Origin: a virus
Lineage: Duplodnaviria; Caudoviricetes
Length of the DNA: 64,000 nt
IMG/VR virus record: IMGVR_UViG_3300042935_001404
Direction: 5' to 3' (one strand)
The notes beneath the pieces are model-generated. The model had not been told where the DNA came from. It searched no databases and worked only from the letters and a program-made list of their open reading frames with translations. This document shows positions 54,119 to 63,543 of the stretch, piece by piece (position 1 is the stretch's first letter; each line of letters starts with the position of its first letter). A program made the position numbers and the translations under genes.

Positions 54119-54404
54119 TGGGCTGAACTGTGTCGCCCTGGGTCAACAATACCACAGTGAACTTGTCGGTCTTGAACTGTGCGTTTAGTTTCTTTGAAAG
54201 ATTGTGTGCATGGCCGGGATTGGAGAAACTGACTTTCTTGTACTTGGGCCCAGGGTGTTGCACCAACATGTTGCTGGTTTTGAGATTAATAGGAGAGTTG
54301 TTGTAGAACACAGCCCACACCCCTGCTGACGATAAAACCTGTTCAGTTTTGTACGTGGTTTTATTTGTCAGTTCTAGAATAACTTTGGGTTTTGGTCTTG
54401 ACAT
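54108..54404 (-). CDS. hypothetical phage protein
   Basis: ORF with SD GGAG and ATAAATA upstream. Confidence 0.75.
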   Translation of the reverse strand: MSRPKPKVILELTNKTTYKTEQVLSSAGVWAVFYNNSPINLKTSNMLVQHPGPKYKKVSFSNPGHAHNLSKKLNAQFKTDKFTVVLLTQGDTVQPSGA

Positions 54405-54447
54405 TCATTAAACTCCTACATTTATTTATGACAAATATAGGGACTTT

Positions 54448-54654
54448 TTAAAATGCTCCACCCTTCATTTCCACTGTAATTTCGCTTTCTTGTGCGGCAT
54501 TTACAGCAGATTCTCTTGCGGCCTGTAGTGCGATCAACAGCCTTGTGAGGTCAGCATGGAGATCCTTGGCATCTTTGATGGGCATGGTAAAGTCTCTGGC
54601 ACCACGTGCTTCAAATCCTTGAAGACGTTCGATAAATCGTTGAATGTGTATCAT
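54448..54654 (-). CDS. hypothetical phage protein
   Basis: ORF, ATGA coupling. Confidence 0.65.
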   Translation of the reverse strand: MIHIQRFIERLQGFEARGARDFTMPIKDAKDLHADLTRLLIALQAARESAVNAAQESEITVEMKGGAF

Positions 54655-55019
54655 CTTGTCAAGTATCCTTTTAAGTCTGGCGGAGTCCATCCCTGAGGCT
54701 TGAGCACTTTGCCATCTTCGCGTTTACGCACCCGGCCTGTTTCGCGATCAACCTTGGCAAAGTTGGTTGCCATAACTTCTTTCCATGCACCTTCGCCATC
54801 AAAGCCTGCTGAATGAATGGCTCCAATTGTAACAACCAAGATGTCAATCAGTGCATCCAGTTGTTCAGTCAAGTCGTTGGCTTCGACGGCTTCTCGAAGT
54901 TCTCGATGCTCTTCGTCTATTAGATTCAAATACATCTTATATTGTGAAATAGAGTAGGCATCGACCTTTTGGTCACAGGCCTTCATGAACTTTTCTTGAT
55001 CTCGGAATGGATTTGTCAT
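54651..55019 (-). CDS. MazG-like NTP pyrophosphohydrolase (PRA-PH/DR2231-like)
   Basis: LIDEE..EL.EA..LDALIDI..NFAK..REDGKVLKP. Confidence 0.85.
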   Translation of the reverse strand: MTNPFRDQEKFMKACDQKVDAYSISQYKMYLNLIDEEHRELREAVEANDLTEQLDALIDILVVTIGAIHSAGFDGEGAWKEVMATNFAKVDRETGRVRKREDGKVLKPQGWTPPDLKGYLTR

Positions 55020-55453
55020 AGTGTCACTTGTTCTTTGTTCTTAAATGGGCCTTGGTAAGGATAGCGTTGTAGTGCAATCAGTTTGGGATCCTGAATGATC
55101 TTCCAATTTCGTCCACGCTTGATAGAATACCATCCTGCGGCAAACCAACTTTTGCTTTTGGCAGTCTTGGTGTAGATTGGCAAGTGATGCACCACGTCCC
55201 ACACAGGATTATAACAACGACCTGCTACCGGATATCCGTGTACAGAGGTATTGTCAGGTTTGGATGTTGTTTGTTCTTTGGCAAATACAATGTTTGATTC
55301 TTTGGCCGCAAGTTTGATTGTTTTAAATTGCTTGACTTGATTGTTGATACGAACTTGATATCCGCCATTCCATGCTTCGATGTTGCCAACTTTGCGATCA
55401 TCTTCTTGTAAGATCCAAAACTGTTTGTCTGCTACGACTTTAGCTACTAACAT
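55016..55453 (-). CDS. hypothetical phage protein
   Basis: ORF. Confidence 0.75.
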   Translation of the reverse strand: MLVAKVVADKQFWILQEDDRKVGNIEAWNGGYQVRINNQVKQFKTIKLAAKESNIVFAKEQTTSKPDNTSVHGYPVAGRCYNPVWDVVHHLPIYTKTAKSKSWFAAGWYSIKRGRNWKIIQDPKLIALQRYPYQGPFKNKEQVTL

Positions 55454-56447
55454 TTAAAACTCCTTTATATGTTTCATTCAACCAACGGCCAAACCCTTCG
55501 GCGTTTTCACTACATCGTACTAGATCATACTTGCCGCAAAATTGCATAAACCTTACGCCCACCTGTCCGATATCCTTGTGCGAGATCTGTTCAATGATAG
55601 CAAGATCCACTGTGTCTTTTACTGCCTGTGGTTGATGTGTAAGATCAATCAACTGACGATTGCGTTCATAGTCATCCAACACACGATGTTCTTCACCGTT
55701 ATGGTCTGTCCATCTTTGCAACATCATGTTGTTCCAGTTGTAGCCTTTGGTTGTACGGTCTGCAAATGCTTCTTGTAGACCCACCTTGTTCTTGGTGCCT
55801 TTTGTTCGCACACCAGGAAATGCAGAGAACACATTGTCGCTGGTATCGCCACGCATACATTTTTCGAACAACAACCATGCAGGATCAGGAATCTGTTTGG
55901 GTTCCTTGGTCTTCTTATCAACTACAGGTCTACCTTTGGCATCATAAATGCCTTCTGTGGTGATAAGTTCGTCTGTGATACCATTGTATTGTTTTACGTT
56001 TGCGGCCAGCAACTGCACAAAATCTGTGTCGCTACTGATCACAATGTGTTCGTCTTGGGGATGTAGGGTAATCCAACGGGCAATAATGTCATCGCCCTCT
56101 GCAGTGGGACATCGAATCACACTGCAATTGGTTCTTTCTGACAAGTATTTAGTCAAATTATCATACGTTTCCCAGAACATTTTATCTTCTTCTGCTTCTG
56201 TTTCTGTAAGAGCGGCACGGGCTACAGCACGGTTTGCTTTGTAGGGTTTGTAGTGATCTTTGCGCCAGCTACGTCCCTCCAGTGCAAAAACAACATGGTC
56301 TGCTTCAAAACGTTTAACAACCTTGTTAGCACTCATCAGCGTTGTGTGCAGTGCTACCCCAACTTTTTCCCATGGATCTGACGCACGAAATGCAGTGTGC
56401 CTTGCACGAAAAAACATATTAGCTGTGTCAATTAACACATAACGCAT
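55440..56447 (-). CDS. rnh: T4-type RNase H / 5'-3' flap exonuclease
   Basis: LID, YKANR, AEGDDII, SSDTDFVQL, GDTSDNV..FPG. Confidence 0.88.
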   Translation of the reverse strand: MRYVLIDTANMFFRARHTAFRASDPWEKVGVALHTTLMSANKVVKRFEADHVVFALEGRSWRKDHYKPYKANRAVARAALTETEAEEDKMFWETYDNLTKYLSERTNCSVIRCPTAEGDDIIARWITLHPQDEHIVISSDTDFVQLLAANVKQYNGITDELITTEGIYDAKGRPVVDKKTKEPKQIPDPAWLLFEKCMRGDTSDNVFSAFPGVRTKGTKNKVGLQEAFADRTTKGYNWNNMMLQRWTDHNGEEHRVLDDYERNRQLIDLTHQPQAVKDTVDLAIIEQISHKDIGQVGVRFMQFCGKYDLVRCSENAEGFGRWLNETYKGVLNVSS

Positions 56448-56455
56448 AGAGAACC

Positions 56456-57157
56456 TTAGACTTTGTTGTGGGTATTGATATATTGTAACATAAAACGATT
56501 CCAAAAGCTATGGCCATCCTTGCCAAAATGCCATGAATTGGGTGCAACTGTTTCTATTCCTGCGGCTCTGATTCGAGCATTATATGTGCCTTCTGAGTTA
56601 TACGGGTCAATGTAACTGTTGCCCCATTTTTTTGGTTTCTTAATACTACTAAAATCATTATTACCATTGAAGAAGATATGATTAACACCCAGTTTGTTTA
56701 GTTCGGTATGTAACTTCCAAATTTCATCGTGTGCTTGTTGAGTTTTTTGTTTCCAATCTACACTGACTACAAACTCTTTGTAGCGTTGTTTATGCTTGTC
56801 GGGAACATCATCCTGGCCACTGGCACCAATTTGGTAATATACTCCGTCAATCAACCATTCTTCTCGTTCCCAGGTGCTCCACTGTATTACCATCAGCACT
56901 TCTTCAACATGATGTATTTTTTTTAACCAATCTCTGGTTGTGCGTAAAATTCTAGTGTTACTGCTGGCACTTTCAGCATCACAGTGAAAACTGGCTCGTA
57001 GTGCATCGCTTAACCGCCTGCCCCAACTCACTGCTAAATTTTCTGGATGCGGAGCACGACCCATGTAAAACAACTGTCCATCGTCCATGGCAAATGCATG
57101 CGGATTAACTGCTTCGGCAGCCGCAGTGTGGCTATCACCGTTTACATAAAGAATCAT
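56456..57157 (-). CDS. SGNH/GDSL-hydrolase-like protein
   Basis: VNGDSHTAA, SASSN, SWHFGKDGH. Confidence 0.55.
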   Translation of the reverse strand: MILYVNGDSHTAAAEAVNPHAFAMDDGQLFYMGRAPHPENLAVSWGRRLSDALRASFHCDAESASSNTRILRTTRDWLKKIHHVEEVLMVIQWSTWEREEWLIDGVYYQIGASGQDDVPDKHKQRYKEFVVSVDWKQKTQQAHDEIWKLHTELNKLGVNHIFFNGNNDFSSIKKPKKWGNSYIDPYNSEGTYNARIRAAGIETVAPNSWHFGKDGHSFWNRFMLQYINTHNKV

Positions 57158-57840
57158 ACAATGTTGTGTTTTGTAATATGGTCATGCATGACATTTGCCC
57201 ATTGAGTGTGAGCCGCACTTTCGTAGTGTTGCCATCCTGGAGTTATTTCTTTATAACCTTGGCGCTGGCACCATTCAGTGTAGATTAATTCTTTAGAGTA
57301 AGGTGTTAAAAATGCATTGTTCCAGTCAAGTTGGTTTACTTCACTTGGCAAAATAAACTCATCAAACGCATTGAAAAACAAATGCGGAATTTTTTTGTAC
57401 TCTAACAACTTGTGTATGTTAAAAATTTTATTGTGCCAATAAGCACCTTGTACCAACCGCCAGTAACCATCAGGTTGCACATTTTCAACATAATGTTTGT
57501 ATCGATCTTTATATTCCTCAGGAACAGGAATACCTACTCCAATTTGGTTTATTTCCCAAAATCGTCCCTTGCCCCACTCGTCAACTAAAAACCATTGTAC
57601 GCGATTAAACTGTGTCCATCCAACCACTACTAGATCAGGTTTTGGACTGCTGGGATTGTTTAAAAAATCCAGTGTTTGTTCGTAAATTAAATCATTACTT
57701 GCACCCGGGGTTGCATCGTTGATAAATTTTGTTTTGTATTGCCCGTTGAATCTTTCGGCTAACTTAGGTGCCATTCCGTGAGTAGACTCCGGCAACTCTG
57801 TACCTGCTACGTTACTATCACCGTTGAAATATATCAGCAT
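57154..57840 (-). CDS. SGNH/GDSL-hydrolase-like protein
   Basis: FNGDSNVAG, ATPGASN, WQHYESAAH. Confidence 0.55.
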   Translation of the reverse strand: MLIYFNGDSNVAGTELPESTHGMAPKLAERFNGQYKTKFINDATPGASNDLIYEQTLDFLNNPSSPKPDLVVVGWTQFNRVQWFLVDEWGKGRFWEINQIGVGIPVPEEYKDRYKHYVENVQPDGYWRLVQGAYWHNKIFNIHKLLEYKKIPHLFFNAFDEFILPSEVNQLDWNNAFLTPYSKELIYTEWCQRQGYKEITPGWQHYESAAHTQWANVMHDHITKHNIV

Positions 57841-58223
57841 TATGACACTTCGGATCGGCCATCCCCTATGTCGCGACTTTTCACCACACGATTGGGATTG
57901 TTTGCCATTTCTTGTTCCCATGTTTCCATCACAACATGACGACAAACATTCTGGAACCAACGATCAACAATGTCTGAATCTTTGTCGTCGGGTTTGCCTT
58001 GATATCCAGCACGAATCAAATTGGCAACAAACTTGTCGTTCCAGTCCAGTTCAAATGCACCTTGATGCATGTTCTCGGGATCCACTTGCATGCTGAGAAT
58101 TGCCACATAGGGCTCGCCTTTTTCTGTGGCAATTTCTTTTTCAGTTTTTACTGGTACCTTGGGCTTGGGATCAGCCTTGGGTTTAGGTTCAGGTTTCTTT
58201 TTAAATCTATCAAAAAATCCCAT
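57840..58223 (-). CDS. hypothetical phage protein
   Basis: ORF. Confidence 0.75.
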   Translation of the reverse strand: MGFFDRFKKKPEPKPKADPKPKVPVKTEKEIATEKGEPYVAILSMQVDPENMHQGAFELDWNDKFVANLIRAGYQGKPDDKDSDIVDRWFQNVCRHVVMETWEQEMANNPNRVVKSRDIGDGRSEVS

Positions 58224-58232
58224 ATAGTTTCC

Positions 58233-59333
58233 TTAGAATAAATCCACAGTTTCCCAAGGCAAATAGTTTTTGCCAAAGTGTCCGTAGTTGGTTGTGCTAC
58301 TGTAGATAGGACGGAAGAGATCAAATCGTTCAATAATGCCTAGAGGTGTTAGATCAACGTTGTCTTGCACCCACTTGGTCAATTCACGACTTTGTGGTTT
58401 GTGGTCTGTTTCGACGTAAAAGCTCATGGGCTGTGCCATGCCAATAGCATAACTGATCTGTACAGTTGCCCAATCTGCTCGACCACTGGCCACAATGTTC
58501 TTGGCAATCCAACGTGTCAAGTAGGCAGCACTTCGATCAACCTTAGTGGGATCTTTTCCTGAGAAAGCCCCGCCACCATGAGGACTATACCCGCCGTATG
58601 TATCCACAATAATCTTGCGACCAGTAAGCCCAGTGTCACCATCAGGACCACCAACGACAAATCTACCAGTGGGGTTAATATAAAATTCGGTTTGATTATC
58701 AACATAATTTTTAGGAAGAATATTACGGATAATTGATTCTACTTTGTTGCGGAGTAACGCTGTTTCAATATCATCGCTATGTTGCGTAGAACAAACAACT
58801 TTAGCAACACGTTTGGGTGTGCCAGCATCATTGTACTCAAATGTCACTTGGCTCTTGGCATCTGGGCCTAGCCATTCAATGCCCAGTTCCTTGCGTTGTC
58901 GTGCAAGTTCTTCCACAATACGATGGCTCCAATAAATGGCACTGGGCATGTGTGTATCGGTTTCGTTACAAGCATATCCAAACATCAGTCCTTGATCGCC
59001 TGCACCGAATGTATCTGTGCCCAGTGCAATGTCTGCACTTTGACCATGTAACAAATTGGTGATCTCAACAGTGCGCCAATCAAACCCAGACTGTTCATAC
59101 CCAACGTCTTTGATAACTCTGCGTACTGCTGATTCAACTTCTTCGGCATGTAAGATGCCTTTGTATTCGCCAGCAACCACAACACGATTGGTAGTCACTA
59201 GTGTTTCACAAGCACAGCGTAGTGCAGGATTTTCCTTGGACATTACCAAGTCCAGAACAGCATCGCTAATAGCATCTGCAATTTTATCCGGATGTCCTTC
59301 GGATACACTTTCACTTGTAAATAGATAACTCAT
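58233..59333 (-). CDS. metK: S-adenosylmethionine synthetase
   Basis: FTSESVSEGHPDK, GAGDQG, GGGAFSGKDPTKVDRS. Confidence 0.97.
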   Translation of the reverse strand: MSYLFTSESVSEGHPDKIADAISDAVLDLVMSKENPALRCACETLVTTNRVVVAGEYKGILHAEEVESAVRRVIKDVGYEQSGFDWRTVEITNLLHGQSADIALGTDTFGAGDQGLMFGYACNETDTHMPSAIYWSHRIVEELARQRKELGIEWLGPDAKSQVTFEYNDAGTPKRVAKVVCSTQHSDDIETALLRNKVESIIRNILPKNYVDNQTEFYINPTGRFVVGGPDGDTGLTGRKIIVDTYGGYSPHGGGAFSGKDPTKVDRSAAYLTRWIAKNIVASGRADWATVQISYAIGMAQPMSFYVETDHKPQSRELTKWVQDNVDLTPLGIIERFDLFRPIYSSTTNYGHFGKNYLPWETVDLF

Positions 59334-59343
59334 TAATTTCCTT

Positions 59344-60198
59344 TTATTTTCCCCATCCGTTACCCCACAGATCAACGTGCAATCTTGGAGTATAGTAGTA
59401 TCCACGCACAAGTGCCCAGTCTGCAACATTCACACGGTTCTCTGCATATGGAGCAACAACACCACCTTGTGGCATAACATATACCACGCCTTCAAATCCT
59501 GCGGCACGATAAGCGGCCACAGCACGATCTACTTCTTCAAAGTGTACTTCGCTGTCAATCACAAACTTAAGATACACAGTACCAAAGTTTTGATAGTCTG
59601 CCACAATCTCGGGTTTAATTGCCTCTGCCCATGCTTCTCCGCTGGCACTGAGTTTGGGACTTACAGAGAATGTAAGTTCATTGTGTCCTGCCAGCCATGT
59701 GTTAAGATATTCTCTAAACTTGGGCTGTAACTTTTGAGTACCATTGGTCTCAAATGTAACATTCTTAATGCCACGCATATCGTCATGATCAAACAAGTCT
59801 TGATATGTACGTTGCCATCCCAGCAATGGCTCACCGCCTGTGATCACAAGATGTGTGTCATTGCCTGTGCGATTGGTCCAACGACGGTCAGGAATCAAGT
59901 CTAGCATTTTGTTTACTAGTTCATCAATCTCATATGTAGGGCTAAGTTCTTTGAAGTCTGGATGCCAACTTGCATAACTGTCGCAACCGGTGTTCACAAG
60001 CGGCAGTTCTTCAAATGTTTTATACAAGTGTACACTCTTGGCAACTTCATCTGCTTCTGTGCTTTTCTCCCCAGGCCGGCACCCGAAACCTGCACAGGTA
60101 AAGTTACAGCCAAATGTGCGTAAAAACACACTGGGTACACCAATAAAGCGACCTTCGCCTTGTGCCGAATAGAATAGTTCTGATACTTTTAATTTCAT
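59344..60198 (-). CDS. queE: 7-carboxy-7-deazaguanine synthase (radical SAM), insertion-containing variant
   Basis: SELFYSAQGEG..PSVFLRTFGCNFTC..GCDS, ITGGEP, FETNGT, SPK, PRLHVDLWG. Confidence 0.88.
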   Translation of the reverse strand: MKLKVSELFYSAQGEGRFIGVPSVFLRTFGCNFTCAGFGCRPGEKSTEADEVAKSVHLYKTFEELPLVNTGCDSYASWHPDFKELSPTYEIDELVNKMLDLIPDRRWTNRTGNDTHLVITGGEPLLGWQRTYQDLFDHDDMRGIKNVTFETNGTQKLQPKFREYLNTWLAGHNELTFSVSPKLSASGEAWAEAIKPEIVADYQNFGTVYLKFVIDSEVHFEEVDRAVAAYRAAGFEGVVYVMPQGGVVAPYAENRVNVADWALVRGYYYTPRLHVDLWGNGWGK

Positions 60199-60219
60199 AT
60201 GCTATTATATACTAATCAG

Positions 60220-61131
60220 TTAAGACTTGTCAACTAAATTTTTAATAATTCGTTTGACACCTTGCTCGAATGACATTGGTTTATAATCGGACATGACCGA
60301 TCTCAGTTTGTCAATGTTGGGTCTACGTGTTGCAGTACTGCCGGCCTTGCCAGGAGAGGAAGTCCACTCAGGGTCAGTGTGACCCAGTTCTTCGGCAATG
60401 ACTTTTACTGCATCCCGAATGGTAATTTCTCTATCATTGCCTATGTTGAACAATTCACGTGTTTGTGTTTTGGCGCAGAATATGCTGGCTCGAACAGCAT
60501 CTTCTACATGACAAAAACTGCGTGTTTCTTCCGGGCCAACAACTTCAAATATACCATTTTGAATCTTGGCAATTTGATCTGCCAAGAAATGACCAGCCTT
60601 GCTGTTGTCACCATACACATTAAAGTACCGTATCATTACATAGGGCAACGGTGAGTTGGTCAAGTAGTTTTCTGCACAGATCTTGGGCAAACGATAACTC
60701 CATCTAGCATTGTGAATATTGTTGATCGTGATATCTGTATGCTCAGCCACAGGACTAACCGGATCGTCACTTACTACTTCACTGGAACTAGCGTACACTA
60801 GTTTTTTTAACTGTTTATTCATGCCGGCAAATTCAAATACATTGAAGTCGCCGACCATGTTGTTCCATAACACTTGGTTGGGACGCTCGTAAAAGTTCTT
60901 GGTTCCGTTGATTGCACCATAGTGATAGATGTAATCAAAGTCCACAGGCAAGTCTGCGTAGGCCACATCGCCTGCAGTCAAGTCCACATCGATAAACTTG
61001 TCACAGGGCGGTATGGTTGAGCTACGACTATGGTTGTCCATGGCCCATACTACATTTTTTTTATCGTGTTTGAGTTGGCGGCAGATTTCTGTGCCCAACA
61101 AGCCGCTGGCACCGGTTACTAATATTTTCAT
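60220..61131 (-). CDS. NAD-dependent epimerase/dehydratase
   Basis: GASGLLG, ASSSEV, YRLPK, RYFNVYG. Confidence 0.92.
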   Translation of the reverse strand: MKILVTGASGLLGTEICRQLKHDKKNVVWAMDNHSRSSTIPPCDKFIDVDLTAGDVAYADLPVDFDYIYHYGAINGTKNFYERPNQVLWNNMVGDFNVFEFAGMNKQLKKLVYASSSEVVSDDPVSPVAEHTDITINNIHNARWSYRLPKICAENYLTNSPLPYVMIRYFNVYGDNSKAGHFLADQIAKIQNGIFEVVGPEETRSFCHVEDAVRASIFCAKTQTRELFNIGNDREITIRDAVKVIAEELGHTDPEWTSSPGKAGSTATRRPNIDKLRSVMSDYKPMSFEQGVKRIIKNLVDKS

Positions 61132-61901
61132 TTGATAAATTTCTCGTTGTCGTCAATTACACTTTGAATCAGTTTGAAGTCAAGACCCAGTTTCTTGATC
61201 AAGTTATTCCACGCACTGGTGTCTTTGGGCAAGCAATGGCCTCCGTAACCACGTGTGTTTTTATTGGCCATCAAGTATGCAGGATTGATACAGTCACGTT
61301 GCGTGATGGCATTGTACACATTCATGTAGTTGGCGTCTAGTTTTTGACAAACTTCATAAGTGACGTTGGCAAAGGTCACCTGCATGGCATGGTGTACGTT
61401 GTTAAAATACTTGACAATTTCTGCTTCTGTAGGTTTAACGCAGGCCACATGCTTGGGATAGAAACCGTGAATCTTTTTAATCAACTCAAAGTCTTCTTCA
61501 CGATAGCTGCCAATGATCAACAGATCATGATTGTGAATAAAGTCTGCCAGTGCAGTCTTGGCACGTAGGAACTCTGGCACACTACAGATTTTCATACGTG
61601 GATACTCTGCACTGAGCCGTTCGCTTGTGCCCGGTACCACTGTGCTTTTAACTGCAATCAATCCTCGGTAGTTTAGTCCATCAAGGTCTTTGATTACATT
61701 TTCTACAATGCTGGTGTCACAGTCTCCGTTCGGTGCTTGATTGGTTGGCACACTGACAAAAACACAATCAGCGTCTATAACGTCCATGATAGATGATCCT
61801 TCGTATGCAGGATCAAAGAAGCACATGTTATGGCCCAGATACTCTAGTCCTTCGTACACTGCTTTGCCAACAGTACCTTTTCCAATTACACCCACGTTCA
61901 T
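61128..61901 (-). CDS. UDP-glucose/GDP-mannose dehydrogenase family
   Basis: GKGTVG, VSVPT, KSTVVPG, PEFL, KYFNN, GYGGHCLPKD. Confidence 0.93.
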   Translation of the reverse strand: MNVGVIGKGTVGKAVYEGLEYLGHNMCFFDPAYEGSSIMDVIDADCVFVSVPTNQAPNGDCDTSIVENVIKDLDGLNYRGLIAVKSTVVPGTSERLSAEYPRMKICSVPEFLRAKTALADFIHNHDLLIIGSYREEDFELIKKIHGFYPKHVACVKPTEAEIVKYFNNVHHAMQVTFANVTYEVCQKLDANYMNVYNAITQRDCINPAYLMANKNTRGYGGHCLPKDTSAWNNLIKKLGLDFKLIQSVIDDNEKFIK

Positions 61902-62314
61902 TTGTCATCTCCTGGAATGATTGAATCTACTCTGTACGTGTCAGTTTCGTAGTCTTCTCCGCCACGTGGACCTTCGGCAAAGGCAATAAATGTACAGCCA
62001 TCCACTGTGGTTTTCATGGCATGAATCTCATTGGGTGGGCTGATAATAAAGTCACCTTTTCTAGCCAAGAATTCTGTAGGTGTTACGTCACTGTCTACGG
62101 GTTTGCTGTAGTACACCATACTGCCTGTGAGCACATAGGTATATTGAGTAGTGTGTTTGTGATAGTGATTACCACGTACTGCACCGGCTGTGTTGGTAAT
62201 CAAGCAAGCGTGATTGATACCGGCCTTGTAAAAGATATCTGTAATTGTGCCACGGTCGTCGCTGAACGTTCCTAGCCCTGTTTCGTTGTTGTTGTAAATG
62301 TTGTATTGTTTCAT
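61898..62314 (-). CDS. cupin-fold sugar epimerase/isomerase (RmlC/WxcM-like)
   Basis: DDRG, RGNHYH, PPNEIH. Confidence 0.8.
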   Translation of the reverse strand: MKQYNIYNNNETGLGTFSDDRGTITDIFYKAGINHACLITNTAGAVRGNHYHKHTTQYTYVLTGSMVYYSKPVDSDVTPTEFLARKGDFIISPPNEIHAMKTTVDGCTFIAFAEGPRGGEDYETDTYRVDSIIPGDDK

Positions 62315-63543
62315 TGTGATATAAACCTTGTGTTGGGATTGATGCGTAATAATGCTTGCTTAAGACCTTCGCCAATGTTCCAACTTAAAATTAGAGCGTA
62401 TGGATTGGGATACTTTGCAAATTCATTATCATCTAAGATTGGTATACGGCTAAGAGGAGTATACTTACCTTGCTTGTGTTCACTAGCATCGGTAATACAA
62501 TGCAGGTGTGTTTTATTTAGGCCATGCCACGCAAGCCATGTATTTGCTTTGGCGGCAGCACCCACGCCAATGATCACAGCGTCAGGTTCGTCTTGTAGTA
62601 TTTGATAAAATTTAGCCAACCATGTGTTGCGTTGTTGTTCAAACTTCTTTTGAAGGCCCACGTAAAAGCCTGGATCAAATAGGCCAGCAGTGGTTTCTGT
62701 GTGGATAGCATTCGACACCTTTTCCGGCACTCCTGCACCTGTGCTTTTTCTTGCTACCACACGCAAACTACCACCATGATAATCAACCACATCAAAGTCC
62801 GCAATTTCTAATCCAGCCTCTGCCAACAAGTTGTGCAGGCTCTTGATAGTAAAGTAACTGATGTGTTCATGATACACCATGTCAGTGAAGCGTCCGCTAC
62901 GAACCATTTCCAGCCAGTATGGAACTTCAAACACAAATACACCATCCGTGTCTAGTAGAAAACTTACACCATGTGCAAACTCTGTAGGATCGTTAGCATG
63001 ATTGAATACATTGTTGGCAATGACAACTGAGGCACGACCATGTTTGGGAACAAGATCATAAGCAACATTGGGATGAAATAATGCCTGTACTGCATCAACT
63101 CCTTGTGATTTGGCCAACTCACACATTGCACTGCTGGAATCAATGCCCAACGTGGCGGTTGATTCATTGTTGAATTGTCGGATCAAGTATGCATCGTTGC
63201 TGCCAATTTCCACCACAAGACCCGCAGTGTTGTATTTTGATTTGATAGTTGTGGCAAACTCGTCCCAGTGATCTCTTGCTGTCTTTGAGTTGCTGGATGT
63301 GTAACTGTAACTGTACAAGTTGTATCTTGCTTCGGCATTGCTGACATACCCCAATTGCAACATGCCTGAGTTGGGATTCAAATGTACTTGCAATGGAAAC
63401 ACTGGCTCACTTAGATTCAACTGATCCCGGGACACAAACGTGTCTGCGTAGGCGTGTTGTCCAAAGTCCAATACCTTGGTCACTGATTCTGTAGTGATTA
63501 AACATGTGTCCAACTGTCTGCTGTGTGTTATGTCTGTTGTCAT
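62311..63543 (-). CDS. NDP-sugar C-methyltransferase (C-methyltransf N/C-terminal domains)
   Basis: VEIGSNDA, NNVFNH, YHEHISYF, HGGSLR, GAAAK, KQGKYTP, ILSWN. Confidence 0.9.
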   Translation of the reverse strand: MTTDITHSRQLDTCLITTESVTKVLDFGQHAYADTFVSRDQLNLSEPVFPLQVHLNPNSGMLQLGYVSNAEARYNLYSYSYTSSNSKTARDHWDEFATTIKSKYNTAGLVVEIGSNDAYLIRQFNNESTATLGIDSSSAMCELAKSQGVDAVQALFHPNVAYDLVPKHGRASVVIANNVFNHANDPTEFAHGVSFLLDTDGVFVFEVPYWLEMVRSGRFTDMVYHEHISYFTIKSLHNLLAEAGLEIADFDVVDYHGGSLRVVARKSTGAGVPEKVSNAIHTETTAGLFDPGFYVGLQKKFEQQRNTWLAKFYQILQDEPDAVIIGVGAAAKANTWLAWHGLNKTHLHCITDASEHKQGKYTPLSRIPILDDNEFAKYPNPYALILSWNIGEGLKQALLRINPNTRFISQ

